From positions 21,192 to 85,191 of the forward strand of contig DAIDIH010000410.1 in the NCBI GenBank assembly GCA_027459465.1: 64,000 bases of DNA, in the 5' to 3' direction. Under the pieces are notes generated by a model, which was not told the DNA's origin, searched no databases, and was given only the letters and a program-made list of their open reading frames with translations. Each line of letters begins with the position of its first letter. The first letter of the stretch is position 1. Positions 9,583 to 17,446 of the stretch are shown here, one piece after another. The stretch is from Bryobacterales bacterium (lineage in GTDB: Bacteria; Acidobacteriota; Terriglobia; Bryobacterales; Bryobacteraceae). The translations under genes were made by a program, and so were the position numbers.

Positions 9583-9636
9583 TGTCAATAATTCTGAAAT
9601 CCTACAGAGAGAGAGAGAGAAGAGGTTATAAAATCC

Positions 9637-9690
9637 ATGACCATTGAAAAGATGACCCGCGAATTCCGTTACGACAATCTTCGGCTGGCC
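9637..9690 (+). pseudogene. PRTRC system protein C (ubiquitin-like), 5' fragment cut by IS3
   Basis: MTIEKMTREFRYDNLRLA runs straight into the IS3 terminal repeat. Confidence 0.75.
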
Positions 9691-9708
9691 TGACCTGCCT
9701 CGATTTTC

Positions 9709-10539
9709 TCAGCCAGTCATAACTGAGGATTTCAAGATTTCGGCAAACTCGTTCGGCGTTCGGTAGCCCAGGCTGCTGTGGGGCCGTTCGCCATTGTACT
9801 CATCCCGCCACGCCGCGATCTTTGCCCTGGCGTCGAACAGATTCCGAAACCAGTTCGCATTCAGGCACTCGTCTCGCAGTCGACCGTTGAAGCTCTCCAC
9901 GTGGCCGTTCTGCATGGGCCGCCCCGGTTGAATATGGATCAGGTGAATCTTTCGCTCTTCACACCAGCTCAGAAAATGTCGACTGGTCAACTCAGGCCCG
10001 TTGTCGCAACGAATCGCTTCCGGGTTTCCTCGACGTTCCACTACGGCCTCTAGCGCGCGCGTCACCCGACGGCTCGACAAACTCACATCGACTTCTAAAG
10101 AAAGGTTTTCTCTCGTAAAGGAATCCACAACCGTTAAAACACGAATGCCTCGACCTGTCGCTAGGGCATCCGAGACGAAATCCAGCGCCCATTCCTGATT
10201 CGATCGCACCAGATGCGAGGCCACTGCCACTCGCGCCAACCGCTTCCGCTTTAACCGCCGCACCATCAGCCCCTCGGCTCGATACAGCCGATACACGCGT
10301 TGCGCGCTTGCTTCAAATCCTCGCTTGGTCACCAACGCGTGCAATCGCCGGTATCCATACCGTGGCTTTTGACGCGCCAGACTCACCAACTCCTGCCGCA
10401 GTGCCGCGTTGTGATCCGTCCGTGGCTCGTAACGATAACTGCTCCGATCGAGTGCGATGAGCTTGCAGGCCCGACGCTCGCTCACCCCGAGTTGCTCGCA
10501 GGCGAACGCCACATCGGCCCTCACGCCGGCAAGCTCCAC
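9709..10539 (-). CDS. IS3-family transposase OrfB (DDE/rve core)
   Basis: WALDFVSD...LTVVDSFTRE...IRCDNGPELTS...HIQPGRPMQNGHVESFNGRLRDECL...ERPHSSLGYRTP. Confidence 0.85.
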   Translation of the reverse strand: MELAGVRADVAFACEQLGVSERRACKLIALDRSSYRYEPRTDHNAALRQELVSLARQKPRYGYRRLHALVTKRGFEASAQRVYRLYRAEGLMVRRLKRKRLARVAVASHLVRSNQEWALDFVSDALATGRGIRVLTVVDSFTRENLSLEVDVSLSSRRVTRALEAVVERRGNPEAIRCDNGPELTSRHFLSWCEERKIHLIHIQPGRPMQNGHVESFNGRLRDECLNANWFRNLFDARAKIAAWRDEYNGERPHSSLGYRTPNEFAEILKSSVMTG

Positions 10540-10802
10540 CCGTTTTTTCGGATCACCGCTTTCAGTACTTCCTTGTCGAGGCTGAGGTCGGCAACCAGGT
10601 GTTTCAGGCGCCGGTTTTCATCCTCCAGCCCCTTCAGTCGTTGTGCTTCGTTGACGTCCATGCCGCCGTACTTCGATTTCCAGGTGTAGATCGTCGCGTC
10701 GCTGACTCCGATCTCCCTAGCCAGTTCCGGCACTTTCCGCCCGGCCTCGTGCTGCTTCAGCACACCGATAATCTGCTCTTCTGTGAACCGCCCCTTCTTC
10801 AT
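10521..10802 (-). CDS. IS3-family transposase OrfA (HTH)
   Basis: MKKGRFTEEQIIGVLKQHEAGRKVPELAREIGVSDATIYTWKSKYGGM... An A6 run at 10543-10548 (CGAAAAAACGG) lies in the orfA/orfB overlap, a likely -1 slippage site. Confidence 0.85.
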   Translation of the reverse strand: MKKGRFTEEQIIGVLKQHEAGRKVPELAREIGVSDATIYTWKSKYGGMDVNEAQRLKGLEDENRRLKHLVADLSLDKEVLKAVIRKNGWSLPA

Positions 10803-10890
10803 CCTTGGATCTCCTTTTCGTCGTCGTTTTTACTTCGCCGATTTTCGAGATCCTCAATTTTAACTGGTAGAGATTATCGAGGGCAGGTCA

Positions 10891-11044
10891 GGCCGATCCC
10901 AATGAGAAGCTCAGTATCGATGAGGTGAAGGTCGCGTACTCCGCGACATATCCCGAGATCGCCACTGCGACAGTGACCGGACCGGAAGCGGTCGGCGGCA
11001 AGCTGGTGTACCACTTGACGAAGGCCATCGGCACCAAGGGATGA
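10891..11044 (+). pseudogene. PRTRC system protein C, 3' fragment
   Basis: ..DPNEKLSIDEVKVAYSATYPEIATATVTGPEAVGGKLVYHLTKAIGTKG*. Joined in frame to the 5' fragment after removing the IS and one GGCC copy, it gives a 67-aa protein. Confidence 0.75.
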
Positions 11045-11244
11045 ACAAGACCAAGATCCTCGCGGAACTGACACGAGTGATTCAGGGCCATACCGGCAAG
11101 ACAAGCGAGATCGTCCGGGAGTTCAAGAAATGTCCGCAGTTTCAGCAGTGCTGCAAGATCCTAGCGCAGGCACTGCAACACAACAGTTACAGCCGAAAGC
11201 GCTCGCCGACGACGGCGCCGCCCGGGCTTGTCCCCCCTGGCTGA
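11041..11244 (+). CDS. Small ORF translationally coupled to PRTRC C (ATGA overlap); could be the true 5' end of the next gene
   Basis: MNKTKILAELTRVIQGHTGKTSEIVREFKK... It overlaps ORF 11130.. by 115 nt in another frame, so only one of the two readings of this stretch is likely real. Confidence 0.3.
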   Translation: MNKTKILAELTRVIQGHTGKTSEIVREFKKCPQFQQCCKILAQALQHNSYSRKRSPTTAPPGLVPPG

Positions 11245-12239
11245 TTGCACCGGGGGCCAGCCTGGAAATACCAAGACTGGATAGAGTGGCTCTTCATCAT
11301 GTTTCGTTCGGCAGCGACTCAGCCGCCGCGCGCTTTGCGACGATCCTGCTCGAAATCGGTATCGCGAGCCCGGCAGATTGGAAACAATCCGATAATGAGC
11401 CGACAAAATTTCTGCTTCGGGCATTCGACCGCTTCATACGGAGCCACGGCGAATCTGCAATTGATGGCGCCTTCGAAGTATCTGTCACGCTTTCTACTGA
11501 CCCGCACGAATGGTGCGAGGCGGAAGACGAGCCGGACGGCTCACAGATGTTTCTCTACGTGGAGTCAGCGTCGTGCGGCTTCGTGAATCTGGGGCCGGCG
11601 TTGGCGCTCTTTGAAAAAGAGCATCGCCGTTTGGCGGCGACGTTCGCCCGCCTTTTCCTGAGCGGTATCGGGAGTTGCTTCCGGATCTATGACGACCGCG
11701 ACGCCGAAGAGCACCTTTCCTATCTCGAAGACAATTACGATCCTCAGGAGGACGCTGAAGCCCTTGCCGCGCTACCGGATCGCGAGAAGATTCTGCCGGC
11801 GTGCATGAAGCAAAAGCCACTTGGCCGGAGAGCTCTGAGGGCCATGTTGCCGCGAATAGCGCCCCGGAGCAGAGTGGCACGGTTGCTGAGAGCAACGCTG
11901 GAACTCGCGCGTGTGTCCAACCGGGTACACCTTCCAGAAATTCCAGAGCCGATCCGTGAGCTTTTCTGCGATTGCAATCCGCCGGTTCCAGTACTGCTGG
12001 CAATATTTGAATTGGGGGATGCCGTGGAAGCCTGTTTTGACGACGAGCGGCAATCGATGCTGGAAGCGACACCTGAGCCCTGGCCGCTGATTCCTTTTGA
12101 TGGGACGAACGTCGAAAGTACGCGCCGGGCATTCGACTGCTTAGGTGGTGCTCTGGGCATCCTCGCCGCCGCACGGCGCGTGCTCGATCTGATACCGGGC
12201 TGGGAACCGATCGCCCGGAATCGGGAGAACGGATCATGA
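11130..12239 (+). CDS. PRTRC system protein F-like, start uncertain
   Basis: 369-aa acidic protein in the position held by protein F between C and B in the PRTRC cassettes I recall. The stop overlaps the B start. Confidence 0.5.
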   Translation: MSAVSAVLQDPSAGTATQQLQPKALADDGAARACPPWLIAPGASLEIPRLDRVALHHVSFGSDSAAARFATILLEIGIASPADWKQSDNEPTKFLLRAFDRFIRSHGESAIDGAFEVSVTLSTDPHEWCEAEDEPDGSQMFLYVESASCGFVNLGPALALFEKEHRRLAATFARLFLSGIGSCFRIYDDRDAEEHLSYLEDNYDPQEDAEALAALPDREKILPACMKQKPLGRRALRAMLPRIAPRSRVARLLRATLELARVSNRVHLPEIPEPIRELFCDCNPPVPVLLAIFELGDAVEACFDDERQSMLEATPEPWPLIPFDGTNVESTRRAFDCLGGALGILAAARRVLDLIPGWEPIARNRENGS

Positions 12240-12934
12240 ACAAGATCGTCCATTTCGGTTCCAATCGGACCTTCGGGTTGGCCAAGGCAATTCTGGTTTA
12301 CTCCGATGGTCAGGAGCTGTTCGCGACCGTGCATGAGCCGCGGAATTCGCCCGACGGTGGACCGCCTTATCTCGATGCCGGTGAACCTCTCAATATCGAA
12401 TTCATGAAGGAATTAGCGAGAGGACTTGGACGGACAGTGCCGCGGGAAATTCTTCCGGCCAATGTTCTTGTGCGCACGCCCGACATGCTGGTCTGGTGGG
12501 CAAAACAGCAGCGCCGGGTCATGTTTTACGGCGATGCAAGCGATGGGCGGACACTGAATGGGAAGTTGTTTCCGCAGCCGCCCCTCGTGTTCAAGGTTTG
12601 CGGCTCGGAACTCTCGGTTCGGGCATTGGCGGAAAATCAGCGGCCTACGGCCAGTACGCCTCTGATGGTTGCGCCGTATTGGAACTGCGACCGTCAGGGC
12701 GGGCGGGTCTGCCAAGGGAGCATGCGCGTGCCGGGCAAGATGTGCCTGGAGGCGATGAAGGGCTGGGAGAAGGCGTTCTTTGAAAGCGAATTCACGCATG
12801 CGGCGCTGGGATGTCAGCTCACGACGCATCCAGAAGGCTTTCTTGGATTGTGGCGTGACCTGGCCGGAAGCGCGGATCTGTTCCCGGCGGAGTTTCTTAT
12901 AAAAAGCCAGGAGTCGCTGCAGAGTTTCGTATAG
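12236..12934 (+). CDS. PRTRC system protein B (prokaryotic E2-like)
   Basis: AKAILVY...PLMVAPYWNCDRQGGRVCQGSMRVPG. A central conserved Cys in a PxxN...C context, immediately upstream of the ThiF gene. Confidence 0.65.
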   Translation: MNKIVHFGSNRTFGLAKAILVYSDGQELFATVHEPRNSPDGGPPYLDAGEPLNIEFMKELARGLGRTVPREILPANVLVRTPDMLVWWAKQQRRVMFYGDASDGRTLNGKLFPQPPLVFKVCGSELSVRALAENQRPTASTPLMVAPYWNCDRQGGRVCQGSMRVPGKMCLEAMKGWEKAFFESEFTHAALGCQLTTHPEGFLGLWRDLAGSADLFPAEFLIKSQESLQSFV

Positions 12935-12949
12935 GCGCGGGAGGATTGA

Positions 12950-13729
12950 GTGCACACGATCATACCTCATCTGTTGCGTGGCACGGTGAGAATTGCCGTT
13001 GTGGGTTGCGGCGGCACAGGAAGCGCCATGATTGGCGGCTTACCCCATTTGCACCAGGCAATGCTGGCCGAGGGCCACCCTGATGGCCTGGCCGTCACAG
13101 TCTATGACGGAGACCGGATCTCGGCCGCGAACTGCGTACGCCAGCCATTTTCTGCCGGTGAAATCGGGCTATTCAAATCGGTCGTTCTCATCAACCGCCT
13201 GAACCTGTTCTGGGGATTGGAGTGGAAGGCTGTGCCGCAGCACGTCACCGGCCAGGAGATTACCAATAACTTCGACATGGTCATCGGCTGCGTAGATACG
13301 CGGGCCGCGCGGGGATCGATTCACGAAGCCGTTACCAGTTCCTGGTCCGCGACGACGTATTGGCTGGACGTCGGAAACTCTAGTGACACTGGGCAGTTCG
13401 TCCTCGGACAACCGCTCAATCGCGCGAACAAGCACAAAGCTGCGCGATTACGGACCGTGTCGGAGCTCTTTCCAGAGATCATCGATCCATCGCTCGATGA
13501 TGATTCCCAACCGAGTTGCAGCGCGGCTGAGGCCTTGCTTAGGCAACACGCATTTATCAATCAAACGCTGGCGAACCACGCCCTCGCGCTGTTGAGCCGG
13601 TTATTCCGTGGCGAGCCACTGGAGTGGCACGGAGGCTTCGTGAATTTGGCAAGCGGATCGGTTGTCGCGTTGCGCGCGGATTCCAGAGTCTGGAGAGGAA
13701 TGCGAAGAAGGGCTCTCCGGGCCGCATGA
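12950..13729 (+). CDS. PRTRC system ThiF-family (E1-like) protein
   Basis: RIAVVGCGGTGSAMIGGL nucleotide loop, YDGDRISAANCVRQPF, GCVDTRAAR. GTG start after GGGAGG. Confidence 0.8.
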   Translation: MHTIIPHLLRGTVRIAVVGCGGTGSAMIGGLPHLHQAMLAEGHPDGLAVTVYDGDRISAANCVRQPFSAGEIGLFKSVVLINRLNLFWGLEWKAVPQHVTGQEITNNFDMVIGCVDTRAARGSIHEAVTSSWSATTYWLDVGNSSDTGQFVLGQPLNRANKHKAARLRTVSELFPEIIDPSLDDDSQPSCSAAEALLRQHAFINQTLANHALALLSRLFRGEPLEWHGGFVNLASGSVVALRADSRVWRGMRRRALRAA

Positions 13730-13804
13730 AGCTGAGAACGAGGTTATCAAGGCCAACGGGCTGCGCATCTCCGCGTGCGCCCGCGCGCATTTTGGTTAGA
13801 TGGA

Positions 13805-14119
13805 CTAGTCCACTCCCGCAGCAGCGCCGTCGGGCAGTTCGGCCCGGTCGTTTAACGTCGTGGAAAGTTCCTTTCCCGCTTTAAACACCGCCGTCCGCTT
13901 AGCGGGAATTGATAGGGTTTCGCCAGTACGCGGATTGCGGGCCTGTCGAGGCTTCGTTTCGCGGACCTTGAACACACCGAGACCGCGCAGATCTATTTTC
14001 TCGCCGCGCTGAAGTGCTTGCTTCAGCACGTCGACGACTGCTTCCAGTGCTCTCTCGGTCTCGGTTTTCGTCTTGCCGAGAGTACCGGCGAGCGTTTCGA
14101 CGAACTCAGCTTTTGTCAT
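13805..14119 (-). CDS. HU/IHF-family DNA-binding protein
   Basis: MTKAEFVETLAG...LRGLGVFKVRETKPRQARNPRTGETLSIPAKRTAVFKAGKEL. Confidence 0.85.
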   Translation of the reverse strand: MTKAEFVETLAGTLGKTKTETERALEAVVDVLKQALQRGEKIDLRGLGVFKVRETKPRQARNPRTGETLSIPAKRTAVFKAGKELSTTLNDRAELPDGAAAGVD

Positions 14120-14204
14120 GTGCTTTTCCACTGTAACTGGTTGCATGCCGTGATGGGCAGATGCGATTCCGATCCAACAATCCTGCAAAACAAAGGAGAT
14201 CGTC

Positions 14205-15716
14205 GTGATACGAAGTACAAGTGATTTCACTAAAGCGTTCCGGGCGGCTCGCCGGGTATCAACGCCGCTGATCGTAGTGCGCACACCCGACCCGGCGAGT
14301 TCAGTTCAACTCGTCCTGTCTGCGGTGAATGGCGCCAACGAAAAAACCCCCGCGCTCCACTGGGACGCCGTACGCGGGCTGGTCGGTGTGAATGATGCGG
14401 GCAAGGCGCACGCACGTGAGATCGTGGGCGACGCGGAGCCAAGCTCTGTTGGCCCGGATGGTGTGCTCGCGCTCGGTGAAAAGCTGCGTGAAGACTCGAT
14501 CCTTTTCATTGCAAACGCGCACCGGTTTTACGGAGATGTTGCAGTTGCCCAGGGGATCTGGAACCTGCGGGATGGCTACAAGGCACGGGGGTGCATGCTC
14601 GTCCTGCTGACAACGTTGAGCGCGAGTCTGCCCGAAGAACTCGCTCAGGACGTTTTGGTCCTGGACGAACCACTGCCGACGATCGCGGATCTGGAGCGAA
14701 TCGTTCAGGAGACCGTGGACGCGGCGGACATGGCCCCTCTGGGCGGAACGGAAATGCAGCGTGCCGTCGACGCGCTAATCGGCCTGGCTGCTTTTCCAGC
14801 GGAGCAGGTGGTCGCCATGTCGCTCTCGAAGCAGGGTCTCGATGGCGAACAGTTATGGCAGCGAAAGCGGCAGATCATCGAACAGGTTCCCGGGCTGAAG
14901 ATTTGGCGCGGAGGGGAAACCTTTGAGGAGATCGGCGGCTGCGAGAATGTGAAAGAATTTCTGCGGGCAATCCTGGCTGGCGCGGATTCTCCACGAGTTG
15001 TGGTGTTCGTAGACGAGATCGAAAAAGCCTTCGCCGGGACCGGCACAGACTTGTCGGGCGTGAAGACCGAGATGACCGGGACCATGCTCACCTGGATGCA
15101 AGACAACGAGGCGGATGGGCTGATTTTCATCGGGCCAGCCGGCGCGGCAAAAAGCGCAGTCGCCAAGGCGACAGGCAACACCGCGGGCATACCGACAATC
15201 GCATTTGATCTGGGTGCGATGCAAAGTTCCTTGGTCGGAGGATCGGGTGAGCGTCTTCGCGCGGCGCTGAAGGTCGTTGAGGCGGTGAGCCAGGGCCGTG
15301 CGTTGTTCATTGCGACATGCAACTCGATCGCCTCGCTTCCGCCCGAATTGCGCCGGCGCTTTACGCTGGGCACTTTTTTCTTCGATTTGCCCTCAGCGGA
15401 CGAGCGCGAGGTGATCTGGAGGATTTACGAAAAGAAGTACAGTGTCTCTGGTGATCGGCCTGAAGACGAGGGCTGGACGGGCGCCGAGATTAAAGAGTGT
15501 TGCCGAAAAGCTGGACGGCTGGGGCTGCCGCTGAGGCGCGCCGCCGAGTACACGGTGCCGATATCGAAATCCGCCGCCGAACAGATCAAGTCGCTGCGCC
15601 AGCAAGCATCGGGCAGGTTCATCAGTGCATCGAGCGCGGGTGTCTACCGCTACGAGGAAACGGCGACGGCGCCAGCGCCGGCGACAGCGCGGCGCATCCG
15701 GAGTGTGGAGGCTTAA
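14205..15716 (+). CDS. Ycf46-like two-domain AAA+ ATPase with non-canonical motif order
   Basis: VVVFVDEIEKAFAG..TMLTWMQD comes before LIFIGPAGAAKSAVAKA..VGGSGERLR, which comes before ALFIATCNSIASLPPELRRRF..DLPSADERE. GTG start after AAAGGAG. Confidence 0.75.
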   Translation: MIRSTSDFTKAFRAARRVSTPLIVVRTPDPASSVQLVLSAVNGANEKTPALHWDAVRGLVGVNDAGKAHAREIVGDAEPSSVGPDGVLALGEKLREDSILFIANAHRFYGDVAVAQGIWNLRDGYKARGCMLVLLTTLSASLPEELAQDVLVLDEPLPTIADLERIVQETVDAADMAPLGGTEMQRAVDALIGLAAFPAEQVVAMSLSKQGLDGEQLWQRKRQIIEQVPGLKIWRGGETFEEIGGCENVKEFLRAILAGADSPRVVVFVDEIEKAFAGTGTDLSGVKTEMTGTMLTWMQDNEADGLIFIGPAGAAKSAVAKATGNTAGIPTIAFDLGAMQSSLVGGSGERLRAALKVVEAVSQGRALFIATCNSIASLPPELRRRFTLGTFFFDLPSADEREVIWRIYEKKYSVSGDRPEDEGWTGAEIKECCRKAGRLGLPLRRAAEYTVPISKSAAEQIKSLRQQASGRFISASSAGVYRYEETATAPAPATARRIRSVEA

Positions 15717-15721
15717 ACACG

Positions 15722-16135
15722 ATGAGCAAGTACGGAGTTTTGGATACCCAGATAAAAGAACAGAAGCACCTGATCGCCGCGCTTGAAGAGATGGGCTATC
15801 GGGTGGAAGTTCATCCGGAAGGCGCTGCTTTGTTCGGCTACGAAGGTCGGGAGCGGCCGGAGAAGGCGAACATCATCATCCGCCGGCGCCAGTTGGATTC
15901 GGCGTCGAATGATATCGGCTTTGCGCGGACGGCGGATGGACGTTACGTCGCGAGGCTGAGCGAGTATGACCAGCAGATCGGATTCAATCAAAAGTGGCTG
16001 AACCGGGTCCACCAGGTCTATAAGGAGAAGCAAACCATCGCCATTGCGAAAGCGAAGGGGTACATCTTCCAGGGCCGGGAGGTCGTCAAGACCGATCAGG
16101 GCGAGCGGATTCAGCTCCGGTTTGCTGTTCGATGA
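15722..16135 (+). CDS. DUF1257 (Ycf35-like) protein
   Basis: MSKYGVLDTQIKEQKHLIAALEEMGY...NDIGFARTADGRYVARLSEYD...WLNRVHQVYKE...ERIQLRFAVR matches the recalled Ycf35 pattern. Confidence 0.7.
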   Translation: MSKYGVLDTQIKEQKHLIAALEEMGYRVEVHPEGAALFGYEGRERPEKANIIIRRRQLDSASNDIGFARTADGRYVARLSEYDQQIGFNQKWLNRVHQVYKEKQTIAIAKAKGYIFQGREVVKTDQGERIQLRFAVR

Positions 16136-16145
16136 GGGGGCGACG

Positions 16146-16340
16146 ATGGCGCAGAAGACAGTAACAATTGTGATCGATGAGAATGGAAACAGCTCAATCG
16201 ATTTGGAAGGTTTCGCCGACAACAGCTGTACCAAGGTGTTCGACGACTTCCGTGGCGGCGACAAGGTCAGGACGGAACGCAAGAAGGCATCGTTCTACAA
16301 CGCGACGCAGACTGAAAAGCCGGCGAGCACCGGCCGCTGA
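16146..16340 (+). CDS. DUF2997-like mini-protein
   Basis: MAQKTVTIVIDENGNSSIDLEGFADNSCTKVFDDF. This family commonly sits next to DUF1257. Confidence 0.6.
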   Translation: MAQKTVTIVIDENGNSSIDLEGFADNSCTKVFDDFRGGDKVRTERKKASFYNATQTEKPASTGR

Positions 16341-16354
16341 GAGGGAGAAGCAGG

Positions 16355-16954
16355 ATGTTGGTGCATGGATTCGTACCTGTCAGCCGCGCCAACGGGCCTG
16401 GGCGGCGCGCGGTGTTGTGGGTTCAAGGGTGCACGCTCAACTGCGATTCGTGCTTCAACTGGGCGAGCCATCCGTTCGAAGGTGAACCTACCGATGGAAG
16501 TGATATTATTCGGCGCGTCCTTACTCTGCAACATGCAGGGCAAATCGAAGGTTTGACGTTTTCCGGCGGCGAGCCGATGCAACAGGCAAGTTCGCTGCTG
16601 GAGCTGATCGAGAGACTGCGCGCCGGTAGCCCAACACCATTGAGTTTCGGAATGTTCACAGGGTACACGCTCGAGGAGTTGGAGCGAGGTCAGTACTTTA
16701 CGTTCGAAGAGTGCCTCGACAAGATAGCGACCTGGCGCCTGATCCGCGCCCGGCTCGATTTTGCAGTTGCCGGGAGGTACAACCGCCTCGCACCGGTGGC
16801 GCTTCCGATGCGCTCCAGCCGCAATCAACGCTTGCATCTTTTCACCACACGATACCGGGAAGGCGACTTTGCGGAGCCGACGGTGGAAGTGTCGATTGAA
16901 GAAGATGGATCCGCGACGGTCACTGGCCTTCCATTATTGGGCGTTCCGGCATAA
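16355..16954 (+). CDS. Radical SAM protein of the glycyl-radical-enzyme activase (NrdG/PflA-like) type
   Basis: ANGPGRRAVLWVQGCTLNCDSCFNWASH (CxxxCxxC) and LTFSGGEPM. 199 aa. Confidence 0.7.
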   Translation: MLVHGFVPVSRANGPGRRAVLWVQGCTLNCDSCFNWASHPFEGEPTDGSDIIRRVLTLQHAGQIEGLTFSGGEPMQQASSLLELIERLRAGSPTPLSFGMFTGYTLEELERGQYFTFEECLDKIATWRLIRARLDFAVAGRYNRLAPVALPMRSSRNQRLHLFTTRYREGDFAEPTVEVSIEEDGSATVTGLPLLGVPA

Positions 16955-16994
16955 CGAGTCGGCGCAATTACCAAGTAAACGAGTGAGGTGATCG

Positions 16995-17405
16995 GTGACC
17001 GAGCCACTGGAGTCTGGTTCATTCAATCCGTTCCCCGGTATCGCTGAACAACTGACGAGGGAAAAGGCTGCCCTGAGGGCGGCGCGGCGCGACGAGCATA
17101 AAGCAAAAGCGGCGCCGCTGCTGGCCGCTGCGGGTCTGCTCGAAGCATGCACGCCGGACGAACTGATGAACGCTGCCCGCAAGCAAGCTGAGAACTGGGA
17201 TCGAACTGATCGACGGTTCGTGCGGTTCGCGCGGCTGGCGCGCTATTTTGTATCGCGCCGGGTGACTCCTGAGGAATTGGGCGTTATGGATCGCCGCCGA
17301 GCGAAATTGCGGAAGAGCCCGGCGTACGGGGCGGATTTCTGGCGCCGGGCACTCGGAAATCTGTGTGGCCGGGACGCGACGTACCGGAAGCGCCACGCGG
17401 GATAG
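16995..17405 (+). CDS. Hypothetical basic protein
   Basis: Track ORF on the backbone strand. No recognised motif. Confidence 0.4.
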   Translation: MTEPLESGSFNPFPGIAEQLTREKAALRAARRDEHKAKAAPLLAAAGLLEACTPDELMNAARKQAENWDRTDRRFVRFARLARYFVSRRVTPEELGVMDRRRAKLRKSPAYGADFWRRALGNLCGRDATYRKRHAG

Positions 17406-17446
17406 CGGATTCAACAATTCATCGAAAGTGAAAGGAGAAGTCTATC

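Larger units (their letters stand above)
9691..10890 (-). mobile_element. IS3-family insertion sequence (IS407-like ends), 1200 bp, 4-bp GGCC target duplication
   Basis: Ends TGACCTGCCTCGATTTTCTC (9691-) and reverse complement TGACCTGCCCTCGATAATCTC (-10890). ggcc at 9687-9690 and 10891-10894. Confidence 0.9.

Noticed and set aside
9606-9620. An (AG)7 microsatellite upstream of PRTRC C
   Set aside because: It is short and probably just part of the purine-rich RBS region. There is no evidence of phase variation.
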